Positions 46,444-56,765 are shown, counted from the stretch's first letter. The stretch: DNA of 64,000 nt from Thermoplasmatota archaeon (GCA_040751795.1 JBFMHR010000004.1:71884-135883), one strand, 5' to 3'. Translations and numbers: made by a program. The notes: generated from the sequence alone by a model not told the origin.

Positions 46444-47664
46444 CTAGACCTTGACCCGGTCGAACCCCTCGCCGCCCACGGGCTTCGTCGCGTCGATGCC
46501 CATCTTGGTGGTGGTCTCGTCCGCGCTCGGGTCGAGGCTGCTGCCCCTGGCCTTCTCTATCATCACGAGGCCCTTGTGCCCCTGGAACCTGGTTGCCACG
46601 GCCCACTCGACGTCCCTGTCGTCGAATACGTCGATGTCGCCGTCCACCACGGTCACGAGCTTCATCGAGGGGTGCGCCCCGAGCGCCGCCATTATCGCAT
46701 TGACGGAGTCGCCCTCCTTCTGCTTGGTGATCGAGACCACCCCGTGGAGCCAGCAGCAGCCGCCCTCGGTCAGCCTCACGGCGTGGACCTCTGGCACCGC
46801 GGTGCTCACGGCCCTCTGGATGACCGGCTCCCTCGGCATCCCCATCATGAGGAAGTGCTCCTCCCTCCCGGGCAGGATCATCTGGAACACCGGGTCGTCC
46901 CGGTGGTATATCTTGTCTATCTCCGCGACGGGCTGGCTCCTGACGGGGTCGACGGTCCCGGTGATGTCCACGAACGGCCCCTCGTCCGCGACCTCCTTGG
47001 TCAGCCTCCCCTCCAGCACGTACTCGGCGAAGGCGGGGACCAGGAGGCCGTTCCCGATCCTCCGGACATAGACGGGCTCGTTGAGGCACAGCTGCCTCAG
47101 GGAGCTGGCGACGTCGAGCTCGTTCTTCCCGAACTCGAGATTCATGGCCGCCGCGAGCATCACCGACGGGCACAGGCCGATCGCCACGGCGATCTTGAGC
47201 TCCTTCCCCTGCGAGAGCGCCCTCCTGTGGAGGGCGTGGAGGTGCCTCGGGACGACGCGGACCGCGAACCTCCTGTCGTCAAGGAGCATCATCCTGTGGA
47301 ACGACATGTTCCTGATCCCGTCGTGCTCGGCTATGACCACGCCGGCCGTCACGAACCTGCCGCCGTCGGTGGGGTAGAACTTAGGTATGGCGGAGGCCCT
47401 GAGGTCGAAGTCCGTGAGGACGTTGGCGTCGAACGGGGCGCTGTCCACCTCCTGCGGCTGGGAGGGGGCGTCCATGGCCCTGACCATCTTGAGCGTGAGG
47501 TCGGCGGGGGTGGTGCCCATCGCATGGGCGATCCTCTCCCTCGTGGACCACAGGTTGCCCACCGCGTGGTACCCGTCCAGGTCCTCGAACAGCATCGGCC
47601 TGGTGGGCTCCTTGAGGAGGTACTTCGTGACCTCGACGTCCCGCGATACCTTGCCCTTGACCAC
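46444..47664 (-). CDS. UbiD-family (prFMN-dependent) decarboxylase
   Basis: 406 aa; UbiD-family layout including the MSFHRM region. Confidence 0.75.
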   Translation of the reverse strand: MVKGKVSRDVEVTKYLLKEPTRPMLFEDLDGYHAVGNLWSTRERIAHAMGTTPADLTLKMVRAMDAPSQPQEVDSAPFDANVLTDFDLRASAIPKFYPTDGGRFVTAGVVIAEHDGIRNMSFHRMMLLDDRRFAVRVVPRHLHALHRRALSQGKELKIAVAIGLCPSVMLAAAMNLEFGKNELDVASSLRQLCLNEPVYVRRIGNGLLVPAFAEYVLEGRLTKEVADEGPFVDITGTVDPVRSQPVAEIDKIYHRDDPVFQMILPGREEHFLMMGMPREPVIQRAVSTAVPEVHAVRLTEGGCCWLHGVVSITKQKEGDSVNAIMAALGAHPSMKLVTVVDGDIDVFDDRDVEWAVATRFQGHKGLVMIEKARGSSLDPSADETTTKMGIDATKPVGGEGFDRVKV

Positions 47665-47820
47665 TACCTTGTCGTCGAGACCGGAGAGGATAGCCCTGAT
47701 GGACAGACCATCACCGCCCGATGCATGAGAGTCACCGTATTTCTATCCTTTCTCGCCGTCCAGACGGCGCAGACTGGCCCCTGCTCAACCTTCTTATACG
47801 CATTCGCCAATCGAGTCGCG

Positions 47821-49491
47821 ATGGACATAGAACCCCTGGTCCGCAAGTACGCCCTCCAGAACGCCGTCCAGTACGGCGGGAAGGCCACGCTCGGCTCGGT
47901 GCTGGGCAAGGTGATGGCCGAGAACCCGGAGCTGAGGCCCAAGGCCAAGGAGGTCTCCGCTGCGGCCAAGGGCATCGTGGACGAGGTCAACAGGATGTCC
48001 CAGGACGCCCAGAGGGCCGCCCTGGAGTCCGTCGCGCCGGAGCTCCTCGTGAAGGAGTCGAGGCAGAGGGAGATGGGCCTCCCGGACCTCAGGAACGTGA
48101 AGGGCGAGGTCAGGATGCGCATGGCCCCGAACCCGTCCGGGCCGCTCCACCTGGGCCACAGCAGGATGGCCATACTGAACGACGAGTACGTGAAGCGCTA
48201 CGGCGGGATCTGCTACAACAGGTTCGAGGACACCGACCCCGCCAGGATAGACCCGTCGGGCTACGACTCGATACCGAGGGACTTCGAGTGGCTCGGCGTG
48301 AAGATCCACGAGACGATCATCCAGAGCGACAGGTTCGAGATATATTACGACATCGCCCGCAAGCTCCTGGACATGGGCAAGGCGTACGTGTGCACCTGCA
48401 GGCCGGAGGAGTGGAGGGACCTCAAGAACCACAAGAAGGCCTGCCCCCACAGGGAGCAGCCCGTCGAGGAGCAGCTCCACAGGTGGGACAGGATGTTCGA
48501 CGGGTCCTTCAAGGCGGAGGAGGCGTCCGTCATGGTGAAGACGGACCTCCAGCACCCCAACCCCGCGATACGCGACTTCGTCGCCCTCAGGATAGATGAC
48601 ACGCCGCACCCCAGGACCGGGACGAGGTACAGGGTGTACCCGCTCATGAACCTCGCAGTGGCGGTGGACGACCACCTCCTCGACCTCACTCACGTGCTGA
48701 GGGGGAAGGACCACCTCAACAACACCTACCGGCAGGAGTACCTGTACGACTACTTCGGATGGAAGAAGCCGGAGTACATCCACTACGGCCGCGTCTCCAT
48801 CGAGGACGCGCAGCTCTCGACCTCCAAGATGGCCAAGGGCATCAGGGAAGGCCTCCACAGGGGCTGGGACGACCCGCAGCTCGGCACGCTGGGCGCGATG
48901 AGGAGGAGGGGCATCAGGCCGGAGGCCATAAGGAGGTACTGGACCGAGGTGGGCATCAAGGAGGTCGACATCGAGTTCTCCTGGAAGACGCTCTTCACCT
49001 ACAACCGCGAGCTCGTGGACGACACCGCGGACAGGTACTTCTTCGTGGAGGATCCCTTCAAGATGACCCTCGAGGGCGCGGATGGAGTGGTGGTCGCGAA
49101 GGCCCCGCTGCATCCTGACCATCCTGAGCGAGGGACGAGGGCCATAGCGGTCCCCAGGGGAGGGGATGTCTTCCTGGCTCGGTCTGACCTGAAGGACGAA
49201 CCGAAGAGGCTGAGACTCAAGGATCTGTGCAACGTCGATGTCAGGGGAAACACGCTCGTGTACAAGGGCAACGACCTCTCCGTCCTGAAGGAGGGCGTGA
49301 AGATCGTCCACTGGGCGCCGGCTGACGCCGTCCCGGCCGAGGTCCTGATGACCGATGGCACCACCAGAAAGGGCGTCGCAGAACCATCCCTGGCCAAGGC
49401 GATGGGGAAGGTCGTCCAGCTCGAGCGGTTCGCCTTCGTGCGCGTGGAGCAGGTCAGCCCCTCGATAAGGTGCGTGTTCACCCACAGGTGA
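47821..49491 (+). CDS. gltX: Glutamyl-tRNA synthetase (archaeal type)
   Basis: Class I HIGH-type motif PNPSGPLHLGH; ATG at 47821, in frame inside a longer artefactual ORF. Confidence 0.9.
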   Translation: MDIEPLVRKYALQNAVQYGGKATLGSVLGKVMAENPELRPKAKEVSAAAKGIVDEVNRMSQDAQRAALESVAPELLVKESRQREMGLPDLRNVKGEVRMRMAPNPSGPLHLGHSRMAILNDEYVKRYGGICYNRFEDTDPARIDPSGYDSIPRDFEWLGVKIHETIIQSDRFEIYYDIARKLLDMGKAYVCTCRPEEWRDLKNHKKACPHREQPVEEQLHRWDRMFDGSFKAEEASVMVKTDLQHPNPAIRDFVALRIDDTPHPRTGTRYRVYPLMNLAVAVDDHLLDLTHVLRGKDHLNNTYRQEYLYDYFGWKKPEYIHYGRVSIEDAQLSTSKMAKGIREGLHRGWDDPQLGTLGAMRRRGIRPEAIRRYWTEVGIKEVDIEFSWKTLFTYNRELVDDTADRYFFVEDPFKMTLEGADGVVVAKAPLHPDHPERGTRAIAVPRGGDVFLARSDLKDEPKRLRLKDLCNVDVRGNTLVYKGNDLSVLKEGVKIVHWAPADAVPAEVLMTDGTTRKGVAEPSLAKAMGKVVQLERFAFVRVEQVSPSIRCVFTHR

Positions 49492-49492
49492 G

Positions 49493-50533
49493 CTACACGT
49501 CCCAGAAGGGGACGATGTCGCACGAGAGGCAGGCGTGGCACATGGTCCTGAAACGCAGCGTGGACAGGCCGTGGTCCTCGAGTATCGACTTCTCTGCGAT
49601 CGCCAACCTCAACATCCTGTCCGCGGTCACGGGCTCCAGCTTCCCGAGGCTCTCCTCGAGGGCGGACGCGTTCACCTCGTCCCTCCTGAGGGCCCTTAGG
49701 GTCGCGACCGCGCCCATGTTCGCCAGGACCCTGGCCCCCTCGAGGACGTTCCCGTCGTCCTCGCCGAGCCCGAAGATGATGTTGGAGCAGACCCTGTTCC
49801 TCCCGAAGACCTCGCCGGCGTGATTTATCGCGTGGAGTATGTGGTCGAGGTCCATGTCCCCGCAGACCTTCTCGAATATGTCCCTGTCGAAGGTCTCGAC
49901 GTTGAGCTTGATCTCGTCGGCCCCGGCCTCCCTGAGCATGTCCACCTCGTCCGGCCTGGTGGCGTAGGGCTCGACGCCGATGGGCACCCCGGGCAGCTCT
50001 GCCCTGACCCTCCTGACCAGGCCGGCCATCCTCCTGACCGTCATGGCGGGGGAGTGCGCCACGGCGCTCGTGAAAGCCACGGACTGGAACCCCTCCTTCC
50101 GCGAGGCCTCGAGGACCATCCCGACTATCCCGTCGTCGGTGAGGTCCTTGGTCGCGTCCCTGCCGAGCCTGGGCGAGTTGCAGAACTTGCAGTCGTACAC
50201 GCACGCGCTCTCGATGTTGACGAAGGCCTGGTAGGGCGCGTGCATCATCGTCGGGACCAGCTCCACGCCGTCGATGAACGCCTCGCCGCGCCTGGTGATG
50301 GACAGGCGCTCCCCGTCGGCGACCAGCTCGAACTCCCCCGGCTCCCTCGAGACGGCCTTCTTCGCCCTGGTCCCGCCGAAGGAGAACACGATGGACGTGC
50401 GTCCCGCCCCCGGCCCCGCAGTCGACCTGCTGGCGGGGAACGGGAGCCGGAAGCCGTCGGGGAGCGTCACGTGGCCGCCGGCGAGCAGCTCGGCCTTCAG
50501 CCTCGCCGTCCGCGGGCTCACTTCCGCTTCCAT
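49493..50533 (-). CDS. Radical SAM domain protein (function unassigned)
   Basis: ACVYDCKFC Cx3Cx2C core; additional C-terminal CHACLSCD; the first 39 codons of the listed ORF look like GC-rich noise, so start placed at MEAEVS. Confidence 0.6.
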   Translation of the reverse strand: MEAEVSPRTARLKAELLAGGHVTLPDGFRLPFPASRSTAGPGAGRTSIVFSFGGTRAKKAVSREPGEFELVADGERLSITRRGEAFIDGVELVPTMMHAPYQAFVNIESACVYDCKFCNSPRLGRDATKDLTDDGIVGMVLEASRKEGFQSVAFTSAVAHSPAMTVRRMAGLVRRVRAELPGVPIGVEPYATRPDEVDMLREAGADEIKLNVETFDRDIFEKVCGDMDLDHILHAINHAGEVFGRNRVCSNIIFGLGEDDGNVLEGARVLANMGAVATLRALRRDEVNASALEESLGKLEPVTADRMLRLAIAEKSILEDHGLSTLRFRTMCHACLSCDIVPFWDV

Positions 50534-51969
50534 ACCGCACCGTCTTTGGTGTCGCTCACTTCGACGCCGAGCTCCGCCAGCCTCTTCCTGACCCTGTCGG
50601 CGTACGCGAAGTCCTTCTTCGCCCTCGCCGCCGAGCGCAGCTGCACCCACTCCTCGACCTTCCCGTCCGAGAGCCCCTCCTTCGTGATCGTCTCAGGGTC
50701 GGGGAACTCGCCGACTGGCACGGCGTCCCGCACCACCGCGTGCCTCGTCGCTTCCAGGACGTCGAATATCTGGTTGAACCTGCGGAACACGCCGACGACG
50801 TTCCCGGCGCCCTTCCTGCTCAGGCGCCCCTCGCCGATGAGCCTGTTCGCCTCCCTGGCGAAGTCGTACATGACGGCGATGGCCTCCCTGCTGGAGAAGT
50901 CGTCGTCCATCCTCTCCTCGACCCTCCCCCAGGCGCCGTCGCAGAGCCCCTGCGCGTCGTCCGCCCCCTTCGCGCCGTCCAGCGCCGCCAGGGCGGCGTC
51001 GTAGGCGTTGTTGAGCTTCTCCAGCGCCTTCCTCGCCTCCTCGAGGGAGGTCTCGTCGTACTCGAGGGGGGCGCTGTAGGTCGCGTTGAGGACGAAGAAC
51101 CTGACCACCTCGGGCCTGTACCTCGCGAGTATGTCGTGGATGGTGAAGAAGTTCTTCAGGGACTTGGACATCTTCTCCTCGCCGATCGTGAGCATGCCGT
51201 TGTGCATCCAGTACCTCACGAACGGCGCGCCGTTGTACGCCTCGGACTGGAGTATCTCGTTCTCGTGGTGCGGGAAGACCAGGTCCGTCCCGCCCCCGTG
51301 GATGTCGACGGTCGGCCCTATGTGCTTCAGGCACATGGCGGAGCACTCGATGTGCCAGCCGGGCCGGCCCTTCCCCCAGGGGGAGTCCCAGGCGATCTCG
51401 CCGGGCTTCGCCGCCTTCCAGAGCGCGAAGTCCATGGGGTCGCGCTTGTCCTCCCCCGGGTCCACCCTGGCCCCTGCGACCGTCTGGTCCAGGCTCTGGC
51501 CGGAGAGCTTCCCGTACTCCGCCGCCCTGCGGACGCTGAAGTAGACCGACCCGTTCGACTCGTAGGCGTACCCCTTCTCCTCGAGCCCCTTGACCATGGC
51601 TATTATCTCGGGCATGGTCTCGGAGGCCTTCGGGTAGACATCGGCCCGCTTCACCTTGAGCCTGGCCATGTCCTCCTCGTACGCTCCGATCATGTCCCCG
51701 GAGAGCCTCAGCGGGTCGATGCCCATCTCGTTGGCGCGGGCGATGATCTTGTCGTCCACGTCGGTGAAGTTGGTGACATGCCTGACGTCGTACCCCCTGT
51801 ATCTGAGCCACCGGACGATCAGGTCGAAGTTGATGGCCGACTTGGCGTGGCCCAGGTGGGACCTGTCGTAGACGGTCACTCCGCAGACGTAGATGCCCAC
51901 CCTGCCATCGACGAGCGGTTCGAAGGGCTCCTTCCGCCTGGTGAGCGAGTTGTGGATGGTGACTGCCAT
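50518..51969 (-). CDS. cysS: Cysteinyl-tRNA synthetase
   Basis: HIGH-type CGVTVYDRSHLGHAKS and KMSKS. Confidence 0.9.
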   Translation of the reverse strand: MAVTIHNSLTRRKEPFEPLVDGRVGIYVCGVTVYDRSHLGHAKSAINFDLIVRWLRYRGYDVRHVTNFTDVDDKIIARANEMGIDPLRLSGDMIGAYEEDMARLKVKRADVYPKASETMPEIIAMVKGLEEKGYAYESNGSVYFSVRRAAEYGKLSGQSLDQTVAGARVDPGEDKRDPMDFALWKAAKPGEIAWDSPWGKGRPGWHIECSAMCLKHIGPTVDIHGGGTDLVFPHHENEILQSEAYNGAPFVRYWMHNGMLTIGEEKMSKSLKNFFTIHDILARYRPEVVRFFVLNATYSAPLEYDETSLEEARKALEKLNNAYDAALAALDGAKGADDAQGLCDGAWGRVEERMDDDFSSREAIAVMYDFAREANRLIGEGRLSRKGAGNVVGVFRRFNQIFDVLEATRHAVVRDAVPVGEFPDPETITKEGLSDGKVEEWVQLRSAARAKKDFAYADRVRKRLAELGVEVSDTKDGAVWKRK

Positions 51970-52000
51970 CGTATTCCCTCTCAAATCACGGCTGGGCCTA

Positions 52001-52726
52001 TTAATCCTTCTGAGGTGTGGGGCAGGCCAGCTCCTCGGGCCTGCCAGCGCCCTTCTTGGCCGTGGCGATCTTCTTGGCCGACTCGAGCCCGAGCTTCTTC
52101 TCGATCATCTCGAGCCTGTACTCCATCTCGGAGAGGCTGTGGCAGAGGTCCACGAAGGCGTTGACGACGGGGTCCGGCAGCTCCTCGTGGTGCAGGTCTA
52201 TGGAGGTAGCGCCCTCCCTCTTGACTATCTTGGCGGGCACGCCGACGACCGTCGAGTTGGGCGGGACCGACTTGACGACGACTGAGCCGGCGCCGACCCT
52301 GACGTTGTCGCCTATCACGACCGGCCCCAGGATGGTCGCCCCCGCGCCTATCACGACGTTGTTGCCTATGGTCGGGTGGCGCTTCTTCTTCTCGGTGCTC
52401 ACGCCGCCGAGCGTGACGCCCTGGTAGACCGACACGTTGTCGCCTATCTCGGCCGTCTCGCCGATGACCACGCCCGTGGCGTGGTCGATGAAGAAACCCT
52501 TGCCGATGGTCGCGCCCGGGTGTATGTCCGCCCCGGTGAGGACCCGCGAGACGTAGTTGAGCGCCCTCGCCGTCTTGAAGTGGCCCTTCAGGTACTGCCT
52601 GTGCGAGGCCCTGTAGCACCTGATCGCGTGCAGGCCCGGGCTGAAGAGCATCGCCTCCGCCCTGCTCTTTACGGCGGGGTCCCGCTCCAGGACGATGTCG
52701 ATGTCCCTCTTCCCAGTCTCGGCCAT
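52001..52726 (-). CDS. cysE: Serine O-acetyltransferase
   Basis: Left-handed beta-helix hexapeptide repeats with a SAT N-terminal domain. Confidence 0.85.
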   Translation of the reverse strand: MAETGKRDIDIVLERDPAVKSRAEAMLFSPGLHAIRCYRASHRQYLKGHFKTARALNYVSRVLTGADIHPGATIGKGFFIDHATGVVIGETAEIGDNVSVYQGVTLGGVSTEKKKRHPTIGNNVVIGAGATILGPVVIGDNVRVGAGSVVVKSVPPNSTVVGVPAKIVKREGATSIDLHHEELPDPVVNAFVDLCHSLSEMEYRLEMIEKKLGLESAKKIATAKKGAGRPEELACPTPQKD

Positions 52727-52731
52727 CGCGG

Positions 52732-53658
52732 TCAGTCTCCAAACAGGTCAGTGCTCAAATATCTTTCTCCGGAGTCCGGGAAGACCACGACGACGTTCCT
52801 GCCTGGCCCCAGCTCCTTCGCGACAGCCAGCGCGGCCCAAGCGGCCGCGCCGGACGATATCCCGACGAACATCCCCTCGAGCCTCGCGAGGTCGCGCGCG
52901 GTCCTCGCCGCGTCCTCGCCGCGGACCCTGATGACGGAATCGTAGACATCCGTGTCGAGAGCCTCGGGCACGAACCCCGCGCCGATCCCCTGGATTCTGT
53001 GGGGCCCGGGCGCGCCCCCGGACAGCACGGGCGACTCGTCGGGCTCCACTGCCACGACCCGGACCTCCGGGAACCTCCTCCTGAGCGCCTGGCCTACTCC
53101 GGTCACGGTGCCGCCCGTGCCCACGCCAGCGACGAAGGCGTCCACGCGGTCCATGGCCCTGATGATCTCCCTCGCCGTGGTCTTCCGGTGGGTCCAGGGG
53201 TTGGACTTGTTCCTGAACTGCTGCGGCATGAACGACCCGGGTGTGGCGGCGGCGAGCTCCTCCGCCTTCTGCACAGCCCCTTTCATCCCCGACGGGCCGG
53301 GAGTGAGGACCAGCTCCGCCCCGAAGGCCTTGAGGACCCTCCTCCGCTCCACGCTCATCGTCTCGGGCATGGTGAGCACGAGGCGGTGACCCTTCACGGC
53401 GCAGACCATGGCCAGGCCGATGCCGGTGTTGCCGGACGTGGGCTCTATCACGACGGTGCCCTCCCCGACCAGCCCCTTCCTCTCGGCCGCCTCGATCATT
53501 CCCTTGGCTATCCTGTCCTTGACGGAGCCCATGGGGTTGAACCACTCCAGCTTCGCGTAGACGTCGGCCCCCCCGGGAGGGGCGAGCCTGGAGAGCCTGA
53601 CGATGGGGGTGTTCCCCACCGTGTCGAGGATGCTCGGGAGCGGTTTGCGTCTAGCCAT
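52732..53658 (-). CDS. cysK: Cysteine synthase (O-acetylserine sulfhydrylase)
   Basis: PLP-lysine motif NPMGSVKDR and GNTG loop. Confidence 0.85.
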   Translation of the reverse strand: MARRKPLPSILDTVGNTPIVRLSRLAPPGGADVYAKLEWFNPMGSVKDRIAKGMIEAAERKGLVGEGTVVIEPTSGNTGIGLAMVCAVKGHRLVLTMPETMSVERRRVLKAFGAELVLTPGPSGMKGAVQKAEELAAATPGSFMPQQFRNKSNPWTHRKTTAREIIRAMDRVDAFVAGVGTGGTVTGVGQALRRRFPEVRVVAVEPDESPVLSGGAPGPHRIQGIGAGFVPEALDTDVYDSVIRVRGEDAARTARDLARLEGMFVGISSGAAAWAALAVAKELGPGRNVVVVFPDSGERYLSTDLFGD

Positions 53659-53925
53659 CGCGCACCGTGAGAGCATATGGCACGAACTTATATAGGTTAG
53701 CCGGGGCGGGGAGGGCGTCCCGCGGCGTCGACGTACGTAACTGTCCCACGGCCGGAGACGGGCGGAGTCAGTATCGTCCGGTGCTTCGAGGGTTGCACTA
53801 CATTTCTAGGTTTGAACCACAATCCTATTAACGCCGTGAACCGGGTTGCGTGCCGGCACGGACGCTTAGGGGGGCGCGACGACGGGTACTGCTGGCTCTC
53901 CCCCAGGCGCAGCCGTAGAAGGAGT

Positions 53926-54660
53926 ATGGGGGGAGACAACACGCGCAACAAGAAGCTGCTTGTGGGAGCAGTCGCCCTGGTAATGCTGTCCTTGACAGCA
54001 GTGCAGGCGACCGCTGAGTACAGCCTGGAAGAGAGCGTCATATACGCCGAGGGCATAGGCTTCGACGGCCTCGAGGTGGTCCCGAACGCGGCGTTCCCTG
54101 CGACGATAGTGGGGCCCGCCACGAACGTGATGGTGGACTGGTCTGACGACATCGTGTTCCACCAGTTCCCGGCCGGACAGAAGGTGAGGACCGAGGTGGT
54201 CCTGCACAACATGAACCTCGACGGGACGGTCGGCCCCGCGGTCTACACGATCACCGCGCACCTGCTGATCGCACCTGTCAACGCCGACGGGACGCTCGGC
54301 CCGGCGATATACGAGAGCTGCATCGCCGAGGGCCTGTGGGTCGACGGACCATCGGACGCGTACTCGGCCGAGGTCAACGAGCTGGGCCTGCTGCTCTACG
54401 GGTACAACTGGGACACCCGCGGCCTCGCAGCCGGCACCTACCGCCTCGTCTTCTGGCTCGAGAAGGACGCCAGCTGCCCGGACGTGAACCCGTACAGCGG
54501 GCTGCCGGTCGCCTACAACCCTGTGCAGATGACCCAGGGCGCGCCGGGCGACACCGACACCTCCGCCGGGACGATATACGGCATCGTCGGCTACGACCTA
54601 GCCAGCAACATATCGTGGCTGGACATCACCCTCCTCGCCAAGAAGACTGGCAGGAAGTGA
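53926..54660 (+). CDS. Secreted protein of unknown family, tandem paralogue 1
   Basis: Sec-type signal peptide (...AVQATA|EY); conserved blocks DWSDDIVFHQ, KVRTEVVL, YTITAHL, LLYGYNWDT, QGAPGDTDTS shared with the next two genes. Confidence 0.6.
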   Translation: MGGDNTRNKKLLVGAVALVMLSLTAVQATAEYSLEESVIYAEGIGFDGLEVVPNAAFPATIVGPATNVMVDWSDDIVFHQFPAGQKVRTEVVLHNMNLDGTVGPAVYTITAHLLIAPVNADGTLGPAIYESCIAEGLWVDGPSDAYSAEVNELGLLLYGYNWDTRGLAAGTYRLVFWLEKDASCPDVNPYSGLPVAYNPVQMTQGAPGDTDTSAGTIYGIVGYDLASNISWLDITLLAKKTGRK

Positions 54661-54910
54661 GGGGAAACCCGAAGGGGGTGCGGGGCCATCCGGCCCCTCA
54701 TCCCGTACCATTTTCTTCTCCGCCGCCGACCGATGGCGTCGTTGCAGGGTATATGAAGTCAGTACGGTGTCTTATCAGCCCGTTATTTCGATGAATGCAC
54801 CAATACCGATATATCTTCTCCAATCATGACTCGGTCTGGCACGGTGGGCATCCCGGGGCGCGGCTTCCCGTGTGCCGGGGCCCATCTGTACGAAGAGATG
54901 AGGGGGAGAC

Positions 54911-55630
54911 ATGAGAAGCAGAGGATTCGTAGCTGGAGCGGTGGCACTCGCCATGCTGGCGCTGTGCTCCGGACAGGCGGCGGCGGAATACCCGCTGGGC
55001 GTGAACGTGGTGTGCCCCGAGGGGTACTTCGTCGGCGGAGAGCCGGTGGTCGACGGCCAGGTGCAGGATGCTGGCACCCTGTTCGTCAGGCCGGCTAGCG
55101 ATGTGATGCTCGACTGGTCGGACGACATTGTGTACCACCAGTGGACCGCCGGGTCGAAGGTCAGGGTCGAGGTCATCCTGACGGAGCCGGCCACGGGCGC
55201 GTACGTCTACACGCTGGCCGCGCACTTCCAGGTCGAGCAGCAGCAGGCTGACGGCACCTGGTTGGCGATATACGGGCCGAAGTCCATCGGCGGGGACCTG
55301 TGGATCGAGGGACCGGACAGCAAGGACGCCTACAGGGCGGAGATCAACTCCGAGGGCTGGCTGCTCTACGGGTTCAACTGGGACACGAAGGACCTCCCTG
55401 CGGGGGCCTACAGGCTGAGCTTCTGGATCGGCGACGTGCCGGCCCAGGACCCGCTCGGGAACCCGATATCGCCCCTCGGCGTCGACATAACGTCCGGCGC
55501 GCCCGGCGACACCGAGGCGCTGAGCGGCGAGATACTCGCCACCGTCGAGTACGACTTCGCGGCGGACTACTCGTCGCTCGTGCTCGAGCTGCTCCCGAAG
55601 GAGCACGGCCGGGGCATCAGCGGGAAGTGA
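54911..55630 (+). CDS. Secreted protein of unknown family, tandem paralogue 2
   Basis: Signal peptide (...GQAAA|EY); the same conserved blocks (DWSDDIVYHQW, LLYGFNWDT, SGAPGDTEAL). Confidence 0.65.
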   Translation: MRSRGFVAGAVALAMLALCSGQAAAEYPLGVNVVCPEGYFVGGEPVVDGQVQDAGTLFVRPASDVMLDWSDDIVYHQWTAGSKVRVEVILTEPATGAYVYTLAAHFQVEQQQADGTWLAIYGPKSIGGDLWIEGPDSKDAYRAEINSEGWLLYGFNWDTKDLPAGAYRLSFWIGDVPAQDPLGNPISPLGVDITSGAPGDTEALSGEILATVEYDFAADYSSLVLELLPKEHGRGISGK

Positions 55631-55872
55631 CCCGCTGGCGTCCTCGAAACGACAAACCCCTTGGCACTTCTTTTCCACCTTCTGCGGCGGTTTCCACGTC
55701 GGTTCACCTCGATATCACCCCTGATAAAGTCAGTACGCGGGGATTTCACCGCGTTATATCTATGCGCGTACCAAAACCGAATACTACCCCCGCCCGGCAT
55801 ACGGCAGGCTCACGGCCGGCACGGAGAAGACAGGGGGGCGAGTGCCCTCACGGCCGATTACGAGGGGGAGAC

Positions 55873-56673
55873 ATGAAGACGAAGACTTTGGGCGTCGGAG
55901 CGATGGCCCTGGTCCTGGTGTCGATGGCTCTGCTCTCCGCTCCCGCGGAGGCGAAGTACAACGGCGACAGGCCGGACGTCACAGGGATATATGACTACAA
56001 CCAGAACATCACGTTCAGCGAGATCGTGGTGTTGCAGGAGCTGGACATCGGGACCGGCCTGTTTGTCGACGTCGAGTACGGCGTGGACTTCGACGGGACG
56101 CTGTTCAGGCTCGGCGAGTTCGTGAACGAGACCTACGACAAGGTCTGGTACGCGACGAAGGGCCCGGTTGCGACCGTGGCTGACTGGTCCGACGACCTCG
56201 TCCTCCACCAGTGGAAGGCGGGGCAGCAGGTCAGGACCGAGGTCATCCTGAAGGTGCCGGGGATCGAGTCGTCCGTGTACACCATCAGGGCGCACTTCAC
56301 CATCGAGCACGTGGCCGACGCCGCGGGCCTGGTGGTGCTGCACGGGGTGTACGACGGGAACGTCTCCGAGGGCCTGTACGCCGACGGCCCGACCGACGCC
56401 TACACGGCTGAGGTCAACCAGCTGGGCATGCTCCTGTTCGGGTACAACTGGGACACGAAGCACGTGGACACCGAGAAGGGCTTCTACAAGCTCACCTTCA
56501 GCATCGAGACCGACTGCTGGGTCCCCGCTGCGTTCCCGTACGCCATCGAGGAGTGGTGCGGCCTGACGATCGTCGATGTCGAGGACTACGAGTACGTAGC
56601 GGAGGGCGCCGCCTACACGACCGCCATGACGCACGACTCGCTGTCGACGTCGATAGTCATCCAGCTGCTCTGA
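55873..56673 (+). CDS. Secreted protein of unknown family, tandem paralogue 3
   Basis: Signal peptide (...APAEA|KY); conserved blocks DWSDDLVLHQW, KAGQQVRTEVIL, YTIRAHF, LLFGYNWDT; ATG at 55873 inside a longer artefactual ORF. Confidence 0.65.
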   Translation: MKTKTLGVGAMALVLVSMALLSAPAEAKYNGDRPDVTGIYDYNQNITFSEIVVLQELDIGTGLFVDVEYGVDFDGTLFRLGEFVNETYDKVWYATKGPVATVADWSDDLVLHQWKAGQQVRTEVILKVPGIESSVYTIRAHFTIEHVADAAGLVVLHGVYDGNVSEGLYADGPTDAYTAEVNQLGMLLFGYNWDTKHVDTEKGFYKLTFSIETDCWVPAAFPYAIEEWCGLTIVDVEDYEYVAEGAAYTTAMTHDSLSTSIVIQLL

Positions 56674-56708
56674 GCCAGACGCCCGCGGAAAGCAGAGAAA
56701 CATGAAAG

Positions 56709-56756
56709 GACAGGCGCCGTCGGGGCGCTGTCCCAAACTCCTTAATTTTCCTCTCT
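56709..56756. terminator. Possible bidirectional terminator (imperfect GC hairpin plus T-rich tract) between convergent genes
   Basis: GACAGGCGCC-GTCG-GGGCGCTGTC hairpin followed by CTTAATTTTCCTCTCT. Confidence 0.25.
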
Positions 56757-56765
56757 GGGCGCTTC

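Noticed and set aside
55300-56673. 457-aa ORF extending paralogue 3 upstream
   Set aside because: The upstream extension crosses the promoter-like spacer and is not shared with paralogues 1 and 2. The signal peptide begins at the ATG at 55873.
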